Of a stretch of 60,288 nucleotides of DNA, positions 58,294 to 60,288 are shown in pieces. Positions within the stretch are counted from its first letter, which is position 1; each line of letters begins with the position of its first letter. Made by a program: the position numbers and the translations under genes. The notes below the pieces were generated by a model. It searched no databases, was not told where the DNA came from, and was given only the letters and a program-made list of their open reading frames with translations. The stretch comes from Actinomycetota bacterium (lineage in GTDB: Bacteria; Actinomycetota; Acidimicrobiia; IMCC26256; VFJJ01): NCBI GenBank assembly GCA_009886115.1, contig VFJJ01000042.1, forward strand, positions 1 to 60,288. The letters are read 5' to 3'.

Positions 58294-59877
58294 TCACACC
58301 GCCTGGTCGCGGCCTTCCCAGTGCTGTTCGCGCAACCGGCGCTTGAGCACCTTGCCGTTGGGATCGCGGGGGAGCGTCTCGACCAGGTCCCAGACCTCGG
58401 GGCACTTGTACGACGCGAGATGCTCGCGGCAGAACGCGGCGAGCGCCCCGGCGTCGACGTCGACGCCCGGACCGGCGGGGGCCGACGCCGAGGGGCGTAC
58501 CTCGACGACGGCCTTGAGATGCTCGCCGTCACGCTCGTCGGGGATGCCGAAGACAGCGCAGTCGACCACGGCGGGATGGCGGTGCAGCACGTCCTCGATC
58601 TCGCGGGGGTAGACGTTGGCGCCGGCCCTGATCACCATGTCGCTGGCCCGATCGGTGATGAAGAGGTAGCCGTCGGCGTCGAGATGGCCGATGTCTCCGA
58701 CGGAGAACGCGTCGCCCTGGGCCCAGGCCGCCGCGGTCTTGGCGGTGTCGTTGTGGTAGCGGAACCGGGTCGTCGCCGGTGGTGCGATCCAGATGGCGCC
58801 GGTCATGTCGGGACCGAGGGGCTCGCCCGTGTCGAGGTCGAGGATCCGTATCGTCGTCCCCGGCCAGGGACGGCCGACCGAGCCGGGGTGCTCGAGCCAT
58901 TCGTCGGGGCCGATCCGGGTGGCGCCGCCCTCGGACGCGCCGTACAGCTCCCAGATCTCGGTGTTCGGTAGCGCCTCCATGATGCGTCGCTTCACCGTCG
59001 CCGGGCACGGCGCGCCGGCGTGGATGACATGGCGCAGCGACGACAGGTCGGCGCGCGGGCCGTCGTCGACGCGTTCGAGCACCTCGAGCAGCCTGATGAA
59101 GTGGGCCGGAGCGACGAACGTGGTGCTCACCCGGTGGCGCTCGACGAGGCGCATCCACTCCCGGGCCTCGAACCAGGGGAGGCACACCACGGTGCCCCCG
59201 GCGAACAGGGTCGTCGTGGCGTAGCCCGCCGGGCCGGTGTGGTACAGCGGACCCGAGGTGATGTGCACGTCGCTCGAGCGGTAGCCCCAGAGCCCCACGA
59301 GCATCTGTTGGCTCGCGGCGACGTTGGCGCCAGCCGGGCTGTCGTGGACCACGCCCTTGGGCCGACCGGTCGTGCCCGAGGTGTAGATCACCCAGCGGTG
59401 CGTGGGCGCCTGGTCGGGGAACGGAGCGGGTACGTCACCCGATGCGGCCAACGCTTCGTCATAGCCGTCGCCCACGAGCAGGAGGCGACACCCCGAGATC
59501 CCCGACAGAGCAGCCTCGGCCACGGCACGGAACTCGACGTGGGCGACGAGCACGGCAACGCCGGAGTCGGCCAGGATCCAGTGCAGCTCCTCGGCCTTCA
59601 GGTGCCAGTTGACGGGGAGGTAGGACCCGGCGAGCTTGGCCGCGGCCACCATGCACTCGAAGGTCTCGATCGAGTTCTCGAGCATCACGGCGATCGGCCC
59701 GCCGGGAGCTCCTCCGAGCGCGAGGTAGGCCCGAGCCAGGCGGACGGCCCGATCGTCGAGCTCGGCGAAGGTTCGGGTTCGGGCCCCGTCGATGACGGCG
59801 ACCGTGTCGGGCGCGTCACGGGCGAATGCCCCGACACCGGCGAGCGTCGGGGCGTGGTCGTTGGAGGGCTCAGCCAT
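58294..59877 (-). CDS. acyl-CoA synthetase / AMP-binding protein
   Basis: YTSGTTGRPKG, ELYGASEG, GDIG.LD.DGYL..DR, LPRDPNGKVLKR. Confidence 0.93.
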   Translation of the reverse strand: MAEPSNDHAPTLAGVGAFARDAPDTVAVIDGARTRTFAELDDRAVRLARAYLALGGAPGGPIAVMLENSIETFECMVAAAKLAGSYLPVNWHLKAEELHWILADSGVAVLVAHVEFRAVAEAALSGISGCRLLLVGDGYDEALAASGDVPAPFPDQAPTHRWVIYTSGTTGRPKGVVHDSPAGANVAASQQMLVGLWGYRSSDVHITSGPLYHTGPAGYATTTLFAGGTVVCLPWFEAREWMRLVERHRVSTTFVAPAHFIRLLEVLERVDDGPRADLSSLRHVIHAGAPCPATVKRRIMEALPNTEIWELYGASEGGATRIGPDEWLEHPGSVGRPWPGTTIRILDLDTGEPLGPDMTGAIWIAPPATTRFRYHNDTAKTAAAWAQGDAFSVGDIGHLDADGYLFITDRASDMVIRAGANVYPREIEDVLHRHPAVVDCAVFGIPDERDGEHLKAVVEVRPSASAPAGPGVDVDAGALAAFCREHLASYKCPEVWDLVETLPRDPNGKVLKRRLREQHWEGRDQAV

Positions 59878-60069
59878 CTCGCAACGCTACCGAGCCGTCA
59901 CGGCCGCGTGCCCACCCCCGATCACGGCGCAGTCAGCAGCACGGAACGTGAGATGGGGCGCCGCTGGTCGGCGGGACGTTCTCGCACCCGAACCCCTCCG
60001 AATACCGCGACTTGACCCAAGCAGCCTGGGTCGGGGGTCTCAAAGATGTCACTCCCCGTGAAAATCCCT

Positions 60070-60096
60070 TCACCACGAACACCACCCGGCCGATGG
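60070..60096 (+). promoter_or_regulatory. possible sigma-28 (FliA/WhiG) promoter
   Basis: TCAC-N15-GCCGATGG versus consensus TAAA-N15-GCCGATAA, upstream of flagellin. Confidence 0.5.
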
Positions 60097-60183
60097 ACGG
60101 TTGACGCCCCGACCGGCCCAGGGATTGGGCCATTCGAGACGTCGAAAACCCATCCCGCACCTGCCAAACATGGAGGTTGGACA

Positions 60184-60288
60184 GTGCGCATCAATCAGAA
60201 CATCGGGGCGATCAACGCCTACAGGAACCTGACCAGTACCGGGATCGAGTTCAACAAGTCGTTGGAGAAGTTGAGCTCGGGTTTCCGG
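60184..60288 (+). CDS. fliC: flagellin, N-terminal fragment (3'-truncated; not in ORF track)
   Basis: GTG start after GGAGG; MRINQNIGAINAYRNLTSTGIEFNKSLEKLSSGFR is the conserved flagellin N-terminus. Confidence 0.95.
   Translation, partial: MRINQNIGAINAYRNLTSTGIEFNKSLEKLSSGFR

Overview
High-GC window from an actinobacterium, most likely Acidimicrobiia (inferred from gene order and protein style, not from a database search). Bases 1-16.9 kb hold the end of tuf and the complete S10-spc-alpha ribosomal cluster through rpoA, rplQ and truA. Next is the conserved actinobacterial rplM-rpsI-glmM-glmS-acpS-nnr-alr-tsaEB-rimI-tsaD-groES-guaB3-guaA-pcrA-sucCD backbone. It is interrupted by accessory genes: a VIT1/CCC1 protein, MFS transporters, ilvA, an alkaline-phosphatase-superfamily protein, two type II TA pairs, a secreted PKD-like protein and an LldD-like oxidase. 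The window ends with a small catabolic cluster and the first 35 codons of a flagellin. I found no rRNA, tRNA, CRISPR array, transposase or prophage, and no clearly new multi-gene system. The best leads are small-scale. (1) A circularly permuted AlkP/NPP-family enzyme. (2) A G.U-rich structured RNA candidate upstream of glmS. (3) Insertions or duplications at gene junctions that create short 'relay' ORFs preserving translational coupling (sucC-sucD, antitoxin-toxin). (4) A dispersed 50-bp palindromic repeat. (5) Structured spacers inside the ribosomal operons. (6) A probable CTG start for infA. (7) A frameshifted dtd. (8) A CIRCE-controlled groES without groEL. (9) A flagellin leader with sigma-28-like and CsrA-like sites. 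All folding and alignment was done by eye.
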